Below are positions 48,350 through 60,877 of a stretch of DNA of 64,000 nt, piece by piece. Position 1 is the first letter of the stretch. The number at the start of each line of letters is the position of its first letter. Location: the NCBI GenBank assembly GCA_030264375.1, contig JASCQW010000105.1, positions 44,533,234-44,597,233 on the forward strand. The letters are read 5' to 3'. The notes beneath the pieces were generated by a model, which saw only the letters and a program-made list of their open reading frames with translations, did not search any database and was not told the DNA's origin. Both the position numbers and the translations under genes were made by a program. This stretch comes from Carcharhinus longimanus. Its lineage: Eukaryota.

Positions 48350-49080
48350 AAATAACACCTCCTGACTTTCTAGAGCTTGTCCACCATCTACAAGGCACAA
48401 TTCAGGAGTGTGATGGAATACTCCCCACTTGTCTGGATGGGTGTAGCTCCAAAAACACTTAAGAAGCTTAAAACCATCCAGTTTAAAGCAGCCTGCTTGA
48501 TTGACACCCAATCCACAATCATTCACCTCCTCCACCACCGATGCACCTGGCAGCAGTGTGCACGAACGACAAAATGCACTGCAAGAACTCACCAAGACTT
48601 CTTAGACAGCGTCTTCCAAGGCCAAAACCACTACCATCTAGAAGAACAAGGGCAGCAGATACATGGGAACTCCACCACAAGGAAGTTACGTCCAAGTAAC
48701 TCACCATCCTGACTTGGAAATATATATTGTAAAAAGTCTCACAACACCAGGTTAAAGCCCAACAGGTTTATTTGGTAGCAAATGCCACTAGCTTTCGGGG
48801 CTTTGCCCCTTCGTCAGTTAAGTTGGGAGAACTTCTTACTATGCTTACCCCAGTCCAACGCTGGCATCTCCACATCTTAGAAAAGTATCACCATTCCTTC
48901 ACTATCAATGGGTCGAAATCCTGGAACATCCTCGCTAACAGCACTGTGGGTGTATCTACACCATAGGGACTGCGGCAGTTTAAAAAGACAGCTGATCACC
49001 ACCTTCTCAAGGGCAGTTAGGCATGCCAATAAATGCTGGCCTAGCCAATGAAGCTCACAAACCCATAAATGAACATAAAA
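48350..49080 (+). mobile_element. CR1-group (Crack/Daphne-like) LINE 3' portion
   Basis: LSTIYKAQFRSVMEYSPLVWMGVAPKTLKKLKTIQFKAACLI, with tail aataaatgctggcctagcc. Confidence 0.82.
48728..48876 (+). mobile_element. Penelope-derived insertion with an inverted 5' segment carrying an intact hammerhead core on the minus strand
   Basis: Minus strand 48817-48789 reads CTGACGA-A-GGGGC-AAA-GCCCC-GAAA-GCTA. The + strand ends ccccagtccaacgctggcatctccacatc. Confidence 0.82.
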
Positions 49081-49227
49081 ATGTTAAAAAAACAAGCTGC
49101 CCTACGGCCAATAATTGGCTGCTCCAGGGAAAATCACTTGTGAATGACTATTTCCCTCTGGCGGTGTGTTCAGGACTTGCAAACAAGTCTGACCACTGCA
49201 TCCTGCCTCTGGAGGGAATATCTGGTC

Positions 49228-49585
49228 CTTGAGCACATCATTGAAGGTGACATGTCAATGCAGTATTAATATGGTGTTGCAATTGCAGGGGTGCCATCTT
49301 TAAGATGAAATGCTATACCAAACCCAAATTTGTTCACCCAGGTAAAAGATTTTTGAAGAAGAGCAGGGAGTTCTTTTGGTGTCCTGGTCAATACTTTTTC
49401 CTCAACCAATATCACTAAATAGATTCTCTAGTCATGTATCTAATTTACTTGCTGCGCACGATTTGTTACTGGGTTTCCCCGCATTGCAACGATGACTACT
49501 CTTCAAAAGTACCTCATTTGCAAAGAAAGCACTTTGGGACATTCTGAGGTCAGGAAAAGCACTTTCAAGAAAGTGCTTTCTTTTC
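49228..49585 (+). mobile_element. DeuSINE (SacSINE1/AmnSINE1-related) remnant
   Basis: Deu-domain blocks ttgaagaagagcagggagttct..ggtgtcctggtcaata..ttcctcaaccaatatcactaaa and cttcaaaagtacctcatt...gcactttgggacattctgaggt. Confidence 0.85.
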
Positions 49586-49943
49586 ACCAATGTTTATTGT
49601 TTTATTATTTCCAATGCCAGGAATACCATTACAAAACAACAATAGGCTCAAATCTTCTGGTCTCTGGGTCATCAGAGACTGACCGTAGAACCCAAGATGT
49701 ATGTTGGCACCTCTCGGAAATCCTGACATATTGCTGATAAATGTTTTTTTTTTGCCCCAACTGCTCCAACAACAGATTTACTTGGGTGTTCTGTTAAACC
49801 ATTACTTTGAATATTGATGGATATTCTTAATTTGATATTCACTGTGGCGTTGTATTTTCAACATTTTATTGGATTCTGTATTAGAGCTAAGACCGTGGTT
49901 TTTGTACCTTTTATAATTATTAATGATGCAATGTACTTTTTTT

Positions 49944-50243
49944 TAAGTTTAAAGTTTATTTATTAGTGTCACAAGTTGGCTTATGCTAACACTGCAATGA
50001 AGTTACTGTGAAAATCCCCTGTGGCCACACTCTGGCACCTGTTCAGGTACAAAGAGGGAGAATTTAGCATAGCCAATGCATCTAACCAGCACGTCTTTCG
50101 GGCTGTGGGAGGAAACTGGAGCACTCAGAGGAAACCCATGCAGACACAGGGAGAATGTGCAAACTCCACACAGTCACGCAAGGCTGGAATTGAACCCGGG
50201 TCCTTGATACTGTGAGGCAGCAGTGCTAACCACTGTGCCACCA
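49944..50243 (-). mobile_element. V-SINE with alternative (non-HER1) tail
   Basis: HE1-like head and V-domain, but the 3' end reads ttttcacagtaacttcattgcagtgttag...cttgtgacactaataaataaactttaaactt on the minus strand. Confidence 0.9.
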
Positions 50244-50387
50244 TATTCATCTACTTTAAAGTGTATTGCCTGTTATATTGTACTGGAATAAATTTGTAAA
50301 TAAACTGGTAAAGTATAACATCTTTGGTTTTCTGCATGTATTATAAGAACTCACCTCTCTTGTATTTTTAAAAGGTGACAAGATACA

Positions 50388-51145
50388 GGGGGCAATTCTC
50401 CCAAAAAAAAACTCAGAAGTGTAAAATTTGTGCGAAAACTGGAGTAAATCATAATGGATTTTCAGCAGGAGTTTAAAAGTGAATCTCCCACACCCTGTGC
50501 ACTGGAGAGTGACTCAGCATAAATCCTGTTGAAAATCAGGGGGTGGGATCTATCCCCACAGAAGCGGCTGACAGCATAGCACTGAGTGGACCACTGGGCA
50601 TGTACTGATCTGTCAGCACTGGGATCGGTGCATGTGCAGTGGCCCCTGTCTGCCGGCCTCCCACTTGCTTGGCCAGTTCAGTCACTGTCCAGCCTCACAA
50701 CCCCTGCATCACTGGCCTTCCAACACCCCACGGCCCAGCTGCTGGCCCCAAAAACATTCCCGGGCAAAGCCTCGATCTTCCCCAGCCATCCAGCAGGCTC
50801 AATTTCCAACCCTCCCCCGTCCCCACTGCAGTGCTGACCCCATCCTGCAGCCTCAACTCTCCCAGCAGGTTGCCCCCCACCCCGCTGGCCAGGTCTGAGT
50901 GCTAGTCTCCTTCCTTCCCTCACTGATCCCAGGTACAGAGTGGTAGCAGGACTCCCCGCCCCTTTGGTACTACCCTACTGCACCAATGTCCAGCACAGAG
51001 TTGACAGTGCTGGAAATCTGACACTAGGAGATGCGGTCAGGGCCAGATACCCAGCGTGAATTGCACGATTTGGTTGACACGTGAATCTCCAGCCCACTAA
51101 ACTAAAAAAAAATCAATGCAGCGGGATGGAAAAAATTATGGTCAC
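50388..51145. mobile_element. Non-autonomous Harbinger-like element
   Basis: Begins ggggcaattctcccaaaa, similar to the 51238 TIR, and is colinear with the 18421 copy. The right end is degenerate. Confidence 0.6.
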
Positions 51146-51237
51146 AATTTTTGAAGAATGACCACTGGACCCTTTAGTATCCAGGTCATTATAACTTAGT
51201 CAACAAATTATTTGACAAGCTATCTGGAAAAGATAAT

Positions 51238-52782
51238 GGGTGCAATTTTCCCAAAAAAATGAAGTTCCCAGCGGGCAGGGAACTAGGCAGTTCCCCCACC
51301 CGTTTTTTTTTTTGTCTGAGCTTAGTTAAGTGAATTTACGGCACTCTGTGCAGCACCGAGGCCATCAGCAGGTTTACACTTGTGGGGGAATAGAGGTGCG
51401 AAGTCTAATTCTGCCCGAGGGACTGGCATCAGAGTACTGAGGGAGCTAGTGCACAGGCTAAGCACCTATCTCCGTGCTATCATGCAACACGTTTACCAGC
51501 CTACCAATCGTTGGCGCCCNNNNNNNNNNNNNNNNNNNNNNNNNNNNNNNNNNNNNNNNNNNNNNNNNNNNNNNNNNNNNNNNNNNNNNNNNNNNNNNNN
51601 NNNNNNNNNNNNNNNNNNNGGAATGGACTGCCTGCTGTGATAGTGGAGTCGGACACTTTAGGAACTTTCAAGCGGTTATTGGATAGGCACACGGAGAACA
51701 TCAGAATGATAGGGGGTGGGATAGCTCGATCTTGAGATTGGATATAGCTCGGCACAACATTGAGGGCCGAAGGGCCTGTACTGTGCTGTACAGTTCCATG
51801 TTCTATTTCCCATTCTCTCACAATCCTGATTTTCATTCAGGAGGGAGGGAAGGAGAGTGTTTAGAACATTGGGGCGGGGAGGGGAGGGGGGAAGGGGGCT
51901 TCTTTCGCCATGGCAACTGCTTTACACACTGTCCGTGCCTGGCCTGGTTGGAAACGGAACTGCTCGATTCCCCTCTTAGCACATGGAGCTCCACCTAGTG
52001 ACCCTGTCCATAGCTGAACACAGCGCGGGTGGAAGGGGCTGGGAGTGGGCCGGGTCGGGGGGTTCGATCCTCGTGGGTTTCCGACAGGGGTTCGCGTTAG
52101 CTTCCCCTCAGCTCCCGGTTTTCCAACCAATGACTGGACGCGTTTGGGAGATTTCATCGCACGTGATCTCCGAATTCCCCGCGCCAGCCCCTCCCCCACC
52201 TAATGGCCAGCCCTGGTCTCCGAATGCCAGCACACATCAGCCTCCATGCAGAGTTCCCCTTTTCCCTCCTCTCCTTTCTTCCTCTGCCCTGTCTGACCAC
52301 ACTCTCTGTTAAGCCAGACTCTCTGGCACAGCCCCCCTTGGCACTGTACAGTGCCTGTTGTATACTGTTAGTGTTATAGGCTGGCAGTGCCAGGGTACTC
52401 AATAGGCAGTATTACGGTGCCCAGTGGGCTGTGCCAGGCTGGCTCTACCGAAGGGGCACCCACTGCCTCTGACCTTCCGGGAGGCCTCAATGGTACCTGG
52501 TCCCACCAGTGACACCATCACGCCTGCTGAGGACTAAATGTGATTCCCCGCTTGTGTACATCTTCACAGCCAGGGTCAGAAGCATTAGTGAGCCTGACAA
52601 TACCAACCTCGCTAAAGAAATGTAAATCAGTATTTGCATATTGTAATCAACCTCGCACTATTCCCCAGCGCGAGACTAATTTTGTTGAAAGAAGTGGCTT
52701 AGGAGACTCACAACCAGCATCCGGCTGCGATTCATGTTTTTAGCCACCTGCTGACATTTCCCAGCTTGGGAAAATTGCACCC
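51238..52782. mobile_element. PIF/Harbinger non-autonomous element with perfect 17-bp TIRs and 3-bp TSD
   Basis: GGGTGCAATTTTCCCAA at 51238-51254 and TTGGGAAAATTGCACCC at 52766-52782, with AAT on both flanks. Confidence 0.88.
51620..51806 (+). mobile_element. CR1/HER1 3' end nested in the Harbinger element
   Basis: NGLPAVIVESDTLGTFKRLLDRH, with tail gggccgaagggcctgtactgtgctgtac. Confidence 0.88.
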
Positions 52783-53763
52783 AATGTCTCTTAATAGTTG
52801 TTCTCTTTGGGAGAAATGTGGTTCACTTTCTCGGAGCTAAGTGTGTATTAATCCTGATCTGCTCAACTTGTGTAGGTCTTCATCCCCAATTGCTAGCTAA
52901 ATTTTTCTGGCTTACTCCTCTGGTTCAGGCTTACCTAAACCTGGAAATCATTGCTCTGTACATTGGATAAACTTTTTAAATTTGCAGAGTAGGTCAGCTA
53001 CATTCTAATTCAAATTGGAAAATGTTGTGGACATTCTGACCATATCCCTTTGACTTTCCTCCTTGTTTTATTCAATTTATTGTCAGCAATACCCATAACT
53101 ATCTTGAAGGGGATTTTGATCTGAGCTCCTTGGATGATCATTCTCATTTAAGAACATGGTTGGAACAATTTTACAAGTTGATCAAATGACAGACACAAAG
53201 GCTTTCATCACACACATTTTAAATGCGTCTGAGGAACTTACTTAACTCTCCCCAAAGCTCGGGGATCATCAGAGAATATTTCTGTCCTCCAGATAGATTT
53301 TTAAACATGGATTATAATTATGTAGATATTGTAAGGATCCAGTCATCTTTCTACAGCGATGTGCCTCTCTACTGAAGAATGTATCTTCAATACAGAAGAC
53401 TGGATGAGACAATATACTTTGTAAATTATATAATTTTTTAAAGAACCAAACATTCAATTCNNNNNNNNNNNNNNNNNNNNNNNNNNNNNNNNNNNNNNNN
53501 NNNNNNNNNNNNNNNNNNNNNNNNNNNNNNNNNNNNNNNNNNNNNNNNNNNNNNNNNNNNAACCAAACATTCAATTCACTTTTAATGTAATTCAATCACA
53601 CTACTGACAGTTCGAGGAAAAGTAAGTCAGATCTTATTTTGAATATAGAATCAGGTCTTATTAATATACAGAGATATATTTATGATATCTGTCAACATTT
53701 TAAGTAGTTTTTACCTAAATCCGTAAGGAGAAAGGTATAGCCTCCAGCAAGATCTACCCCAAT

Positions 53764-54020
53764 TATAATAACTCCACAGAGGAGAAAGTTCTATCACCAA
53801 GTTGCTTTATTTACAGCATACATCTACACATAGCCAGTTACTCCCTGCTGAATGCAGGCTGGGAGTCTGACACACCTGCTTTATATAGGTAGCATGAGAC
53901 TCCCTGATTAAGACTCATCAGGTAGCCCTTTTGCATACCGAACAAATAAATGAACTCAAATTAACTTAGGGGTTCATACTCGAGCAAGCCAACCTCATTA
54001 GACTGGCTGAAATCATCACA
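53764..54020 (-). mobile_element. Solo LTR (257 bp) with 5-bp TSD
   Basis: Ends TATAATAA (decayed TGT) and ATCACA. CCAAT flanks it at 53759-53763 and 54021-54025. A minus-strand TATA box (ttatata on +) and AATAAA (tttatt on +) occur in the expected order. Confidence 0.8.
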
Positions 54021-54283
54021 CCAATTAAGGGGAGAACAATCATAATTACGCATTAGCAGCTACCTTAGCTTGAAAGACATGGAACTGAATCCGACAAATC
54101 TAAAAGTCATATTATGTAGTTCCAATATTTATACCTAACAGAGCTAAACATGGATAAAGCATGTTGAGTATTTATGTTGGAGAAAATCCATCAACATTCA
54201 TCAGTCAAACAAAATACCGAAAGGACAGACAGTTGTCATTTTATTTCAATGCCGAGTTTCCAAGATTCAGTAACTTTGGGGCA

Positions 54284-54565
54284 CAGAAACATAGAAACTA
54301 GAAGAAGGAATAGACCATTCTGTTTTTCAAGCCTGCTCCACCATTGAATATGATCATGGCTGATCATCAATTTCAATATCCTGATTCCTCCATATCCCTT
54401 GATCCCTTTAGCCCCAAGACCTATATCTAATTTCTCCTTGAAATCAGATAATGTTTCTCCCTCAATTACTTTCTGTGGTAGTGAATTCCACACATTCATC
54501 ATTCTCTGCGTCAAACAATTTCGCCTCATCTCAGTTCTAAAAGGTTGACCCATTATCCTCAAACA
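54284..54565 (-). mobile_element. CR1 LINE 3' end
   Basis: LRIMGQPFRTEMRRNCLTQRMMNVWNSLPQKVIE. Confidence 0.9.
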
Positions 54566-56994
54566 AGGTTTTAAGTTTATCCATTGTGGCATTTTACAAT
54601 TTACCAATACCTTGCTGAGGTGATGTAAAGACCAGTTCCTGAATTTGTTTGAACTCGCTTGTGTTAGGATAGGATACCGTTGTCCTTGAGCAAACCTTTA
54701 AATCTTTGTCCAGTAGATGAACTCTGCTTTTAATATTTAATCTCTTTTTCATAAGGCAATCACTTTTTTTTTAACCTTATAACTCCTTATTATTAGCTGG
54801 ATTCAGTTATAACTCTGTCTTGATTACTATATTCCTTTGCACCCGCATCTTGACCAGCATGAGTGCAGGCAATAAGGGTAGGAGATTTTAAGTAAGTGAC
54901 GTTCACAAACGAGAGGTTCAACAGAGTACAAATGCCTTTCAAAAAAGGTCTTAAGAGTACAATAAAGAATTTCAGTATGGTACTGTCTACAGTAAGTTAA
55001 ACATGCACTACAACAATGCTCCTCTAAACCACTTCTAGGCTAATCTTTAGATTCAATACAAATCTTTCCACAATGGTGAGTGGGATGAAATGTCATGAGT
55101 CTGAGACAGCAAGGTGAATCAAGGTCATGTCTTAATGTCTGATGAACTCTGAAATGCATCTACAAAGGCTAACAAACAACAGTTGAAAGCAGATAATGAA
55201 GTGGATGATTCAGATGAGTCTTGAATGCCTATTGGTAGGTTAACAACAGACTGTTCAATGTTGTAATTAGATGCCATTCTCAAATTTGAAGAAATCTATA
55301 TTTTCAAAAAGAAAAATGTGGTAAATATAATGGCACTCATTTAACTGTTGACTGCCCTGTCCCCTTCAGGTGCCACCCTCTTGGCGCTACTTGGTGCTTA
55401 ATAGGCAGTGTCAGTACTAGGCTGGCAGTGTCAGTGTGCCCAGTTGGAAATTCCAGGCTGGCATCACCCAGGGTGGCACTGCCCAATCCTATCCCCAATC
55501 ATTCGGAGGGCTTCAATGGCCTCTGGTCCCACTGGTGAGGCCATCTCATCAGGTCCCTGTTGGTGCGGATCAAATGTGATTCTTGCTGGTGAGAATCTCA
55601 ACCGATGCACAGCTAAGTGTAAGTGAGCCCGAACGATAGCATCCGAGACTCACTAATGATATTTAAATAAGCTCATAAATATTGAAATCAGCTTCCTGCC
55701 CTTTATAGGTGTCAAGCTGATTTCACTGGCAATTCAATGTCAGTAACATCGTGGGTGGCCACAAACCTGATTTTTTTTGTCTCTTGCGTGATTTTAGCAG
55801 CTCGCCACGCAGATTGACCGGCCGGGTGAGCTGGTAAGGTCACCCCCCCTACTTCTTTTCAGTCTATAGATAAGAGCTAAAATGTTTACCATAATTACGA
55901 TTTCATGTTCTTCTGCTAAATTTATGCAAAGACATTAAGTTTTTTTATCCCAATTGTGATTATGTAACAGAAAAGCTGTGATTTGCCTCTAATTATAAAA
56001 AGACTGAATATTCCTAGAAACTGGATTGCCTATTTATTTCTGGCATCGTAAACACATGCCCTCGCCCTTAAAGCCACGAGTCTTACAATAGAAGCAACAC
56101 ATGGTGCCATCCCACTGAGTTCAAGCTTAATGAATGCCAAAAATGGCCAGCTGGTAGCATGATTACGTTCATACTTTAATTATATGGCAATTTACCTTGC
56201 TTAGACTGGAAAGAGAAAAATCCAACCAAAGTTAATATGGATTGGTTCAGCAAACAATTAATATGTCCAATCCCGTCTGGTTTAGTCTAGACTGCTGGAT
56301 TCTATAAAACTGCAAAAATTGGATAGAGTGAATGAGCAGCACAATGAATATTTGCAACAGGTTTCACTAGTTGCTAGGTTACATAATCACAATACAGTGA
56401 TTGCTTAAAACAGCGCTGACACATTTCCAGCAACATACGTCACAATTTCAATTTAATCCCTGCTATCTCTGTGCACACAAATTAATTTAGAAATGGGAAT
56501 TTGCTAAAAGCAATACCCCAAATAAAAATCAATGAGCAGACGAACGATCAAAGCATAATTCTGGCAGGCCCAATAAAAGACATATGCTGAAGCATTAAAA
56601 TTTGCCTTATTATGCAAAGAATGGTAACAATTTATCAGCGGGATATTTCTTTCTTTGCACCAATAAACATCAATGATAGTTTGTGCTCCCTGGTTCATTA
56701 TTCCCTCACTGGCCATCGAAAGCTGCACCAATGCACATTGCTGTTCATCATTGTACTGTAGGATCCTTCCTCAAGGTAGAGACAAGAGATTAAATCATTT
56801 CATAATTTCATTGTCAAGATTATCATAAAATGCATTAAAAACATATTTAATTTTAATTTGTATTCTTAATTATATAACGTGTTAGATCTAGATTTATTTA
56901 CATTAGTTGCGTTTTCTTGTGTTAGGTCTTACTATTTTTTAACACCATTAGACATTCTCAGGATTGGAGGAAGCATGAGGTAGAGTGGTATTTT

Positions 56995-57690
56995 TTCTTT
57001 ACTCATTTACAGGATATGGATACCACTTGCTACACCAGCAATTTTGCCCATCCCAAGTTGCCTTCAGAAGGTGGTGATGAGTTGGCTTCATGAACTGTTG
57101 CAGTCCCTGAGCTGTAGGTACACCCACAGCGCTGTTAGGGAGGGAGTCCAGGCATGTGACCCAGCAGCACTGAAGGAGCAGCGATATATTTTTAAGTCAG
57201 GGTGGTGAGTGAGTTGGAAGAGAACCTCGAGGTGGTGGTGTTCCAAAGTATCTGCTGCTCTTGTCTTTCTAGATGGTAACAGTTGTGGGATTATAAGATG
57301 CTGCCTAAGGAACCTTGGTAAGTTCTTGCAGTGCACATTGTAGATTCATTGATTGCGGGATTACTGAGCTATGTCTATTACTTGTTGCTTGTGCTGCTTG
57401 ACATGCAAGTAATACTGTCTTGACCAGATTGACACCTCATTTTTAGGTATGCCTGGTGTTGTTTCTGGTGTGCCCTCGTGCACTCTACATTGAACCAAGT
57501 TTGATCCCCTGGCTTGATGGCAATGGTAGAGTGGGGATATGCCAGGACATGAGATTACAGATTGTAGCGGAGTACAATGCCTCTTGGATGCCCAGTTTTG
57601 AGTTGCTACAACTGTTTGAAGTTCATCCCATTTAGCATGTTGGTAATACCAAAAACACAATGGAAGGTGTCCTCACTGTGAAGAGGGAGC
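56995..57690 (-). mobile_element. CR1-group (Crack/Daphne-like) LINE fragments joined by deletion
   Basis: Tail gcccatcccaagttgccttcagaaggtggtg, and upstream WYYQHAKWDELQTVVATQNWAS. Confidence 0.78.
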
Positions 57691-58759
57691 GATAGTCAAA
57701 TTATTTCTGAGGCAGCCAACAGCAGATAATTGCCAGCAACATTAAGCTCTGAGCAGACAAACTGAACTGTGCAGTGTGAAAAGGCAAACAATAGCACTGG
57801 TGAAATTCCGCCATGTTGGGTGATCCCAGTACATGGTCAGTCAGCTGATTAAATTTATCAAAGCCACAAGAAGCAGAGGACCCTAATTTAAATAAGTTAT
57901 TCACCGTTTAAAATTCTTCTATGTGCACTGATGCCACCAGAGAAGCCCATTCCAATATGGTGGGCGTTGGATTTCTCTGAGTTGCCTCTTGCTGGCCATG
58001 TAAAACATTTGAATGTTGTTCTGTGACCTGCACAATCTGTTTTCTAGGTTCTCATGGTCGTTTCATTCTTTTCACATGAAATAATAACCTAGCAGCTTTT
58101 GTGTACTTTAAGAAGTGCACCAGTGGCATCTACTGGTGTAAAACAATATTACACCATAATTCTTTGGTAATGCTTATATTGTAACATAACAGTCATAAAT
58201 GCACAGAATATGTAATTCATAAGGTTTGAATGCATTTAAACACAATTTTAGACTGTTTAATTTACATAAATATACATTATTATTTCATTGATCAAATGCA
58301 TCAAACTATTGGAATTATAGTGCGTTATTCATTAGAATTTAATGCAATTTATTGAGCTGCAATGAAAGGTAAGTGGCCAATAAACTCATTTTTTTCAAAT
58401 ATGTATAGAAACCATCGATAGCTAAATTGACCTATATAATGCCCTTTTTTCTGCTATGTACCAAATGAGACCTGAGATAGAGTCGGAGACCTGTCTATTT
58501 ATTTCTGAAGGAGACACTACCTTGGAAAATGGGATAATGCAAGCACATAGGCAGCATACAGAGAAGCAAAGTGATGGTGTGAAGCAGTGTGGAAAGCTGA
58601 TTTGAAGCTGCCACTGTCATTTTTTAACTGCACACTTCAACCAATGATGTATATTAATCTCATATGACTGAACACACGTTAAACTCTCAATCGTGCTATT
58701 TAAGGGATCATAAATGATTCATGGATTAGTGGCTGGATTATTTCTTCTGATTCCTGGTG

Positions 58760-60615
58760 CCTCTGTGCCCATTTTTGGAGGTTTCCAGTGCTTGGTTGAA
58801 GTTTGAGTACTCTACACTTGACTCTTTGCGTAATTAGTTTTCCATTGTGCAAAGCATTGAGTTGAAAGAAGTTGCTTTCAGGTGGATGGACAAGTAGCTT
58901 TGTAGAGCTTCCGCTGGACATGAGTGGGAGATTGAAGAGAGGTCATACAGAGCAGGATAAGCTGCTGGAAGATGAGGAGAAAGGTGCCCAGTGTGGTCCT
59001 CTAATCCTGCTGCTCAGTTGGAGAACTGATTGATGAACTGCTGCAGTGAAGCCTCTTTGAAAAGTAGTATCCATATCCATAAATATAGTAGTCTGAGCTC
59101 AGAAAGCAATCGTCCACTACAGTGCTCATACCTCTGATGGATGCTGGGAGAGCTGCAGTGGAAGCGATTGGTGCTGCAATGGAACTGTGGCATCAACTAT
59201 TAAATGCCGTGTCATGTTGGCTTGCATGGACGTGCTGATGGAAGCGATTACCCATTCCATGTTGGAAAGGATGAGCTGCAATCTCTGCCCAGTTGGAAAT
59301 GGAACCCTCCACTTTCCTTGCTATTGTGGATGGGTTCCCAGTGCATCAAACTTCTGCTATATATCCATCAGACTTCTTTTGAAATACGGCCCATCAAAAT
59401 CCTCATCTTACTCCTCTGCAGCAGAACCGTGGTTTAACCCTACCCTCCCATAAGCTGCCATTTTCATTATCCTTTCTCCCCTGCCTGGCTCCAGTACACT
59501 GTGCCCAGTGTGTCATCTCTCATTGATCCTACCTGCTAAAGTACATGCTGTACCAGACTCTGAACGGGTGGAGTGCAAATTCAAGTGATGGTGTCTCTCT
59601 TCATCCTCACTTCCTTCTTCCTTTTCCAACTGAGGATGTTCATAGAATCCCTACAGTGCAGAAGGAGGCCATTAAGCCCATCAAGCCTGCACCAGCAGCA
59701 ATCCCACGAAGGCCCTATCCCCGTAATCTCATGTGTTTACTCCCCCCCAATCTCCCCTGACAGTTAGGGGCAATTTTGCACAGCCAATCCACCTAACCTG
59801 CACATCTTTGAAGTGTGGGAGGAAATCAGAGCCCCAGGAGAAAACCCACACAGAGAATGGGGAGAATGTTCCTGGGTATCTGAAATGAAAAAGGGACGAG
59901 ATAGGAGAAAGGGAGAAGTGCATGCTTACGCAATCTGCAACTCTTGAATCAAAAAAGATAGTGGATGAAGGCAAAATGAGAAGCAACAGGGAGGATTAGG
60001 TATGCAGGTAATTTCAGTATTGATACTTTCAGCATCACTGGTGGCCACGGTTTCAATAGTGCTCTTCCCATGATGGCCTGTACTTTGTTCTCTGTGGGAA
60101 GTAAAGTATGTGGACAAAATTGTCCTTCTCCAGCTCTTTGCTGCTGATTATTAACATCCTTCTCCTGCAAAAAAAAGGAAGAACAGCATCAGTACTTGTC
60201 ATGCAATATGATTGGGTGATATGGCTGTTATGGTTGAATAGCTACAAGTTCGTGTGAGCTGTGAGTGTGAGGCTTGTAACAAGACTAATTGTGTGAGGGT
60301 GAAGTAGACCATATGAATTGAAAGGTGAATAATAATTATTGACAAAAAGGTAATGGGGATAAGGCTAGCTGTATATGAAATGCCATTTGAAGATTGAACT
60401 CAGTTCCACTGAAAACCTGCATAAAATCATTAAACTTCCTCCTGCACTATATCCATTTTTTTGGAGCTGCATTCCTGCCTTGACCTCTGCCACTTCTTCT
60501 TCCCACTGCTTCCTGAGTAATGCCTGAAGGACTTCTGCCCTTCTTGAAGAAACAGGATGTCTCTCCTTTCCACCAAGACCTCTATGCATGATCAGAAAAC
60601 CTTGGTGTACAATCT
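58760..60615 (-). pseudogene. Decayed spliced Myb/SANT (NAIF1/MSANTD-like) gene of a Harbinger transposon
   Basis: Minus strand 60615-60405, with frameshifts: PRFSDHA.EVLVERRDILF...LLRKQWEEEVAEV...KKWI*CRRKFNDFMQ. Acceptor ttttttttgcag| at 60165 is followed by EKDVNNQQQRAGEG. A downstream segment reads TIARKVEGSISN..LQLILSNMEWVIASIS. Confidence 0.75.
59641..59870 (-). mobile_element. 5'-truncated HE1 V-SINE
   Basis: catagaatccctacagtgcagaaggaggcc...gaaaacccacacagagaatggggagaatg. Confidence 0.88.
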
Positions 60616-60877
60616 GTTTCAACTGTAATGTTTGACAGTACAAGTTCAGTTTCCGAAGGTCATTTTTCATAGCTACAATGCAATTGCCCTAAAAGAAACA
60701 CGGACTATGCTTAACTAACTCTAGATGTCTACAAAATGGGTTAAGCTGCAAAGCCAGTGAACAGCGGTAGTGATGGCTTCATGCAGTTAAAATCCAAAAC
60801 CCAGCACAGCTGTGTGCAACATAATGAGTTAATTATCTATATTAATTATCTATGTAAGTTCCCTAAACGTAAGTGTT

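Noticed and set aside
53444-53577. Repeat aaccaaacattcaattc across an N gap
   Set aside because: The same scaffolding artefact.
58117-58140. Hairpin and CTCF-like word (CCAGTAGATGCCAC on the minus strand)
   Set aside because: It mismatches a core position of the CTCF motif and cannot be supported without ChIP data.
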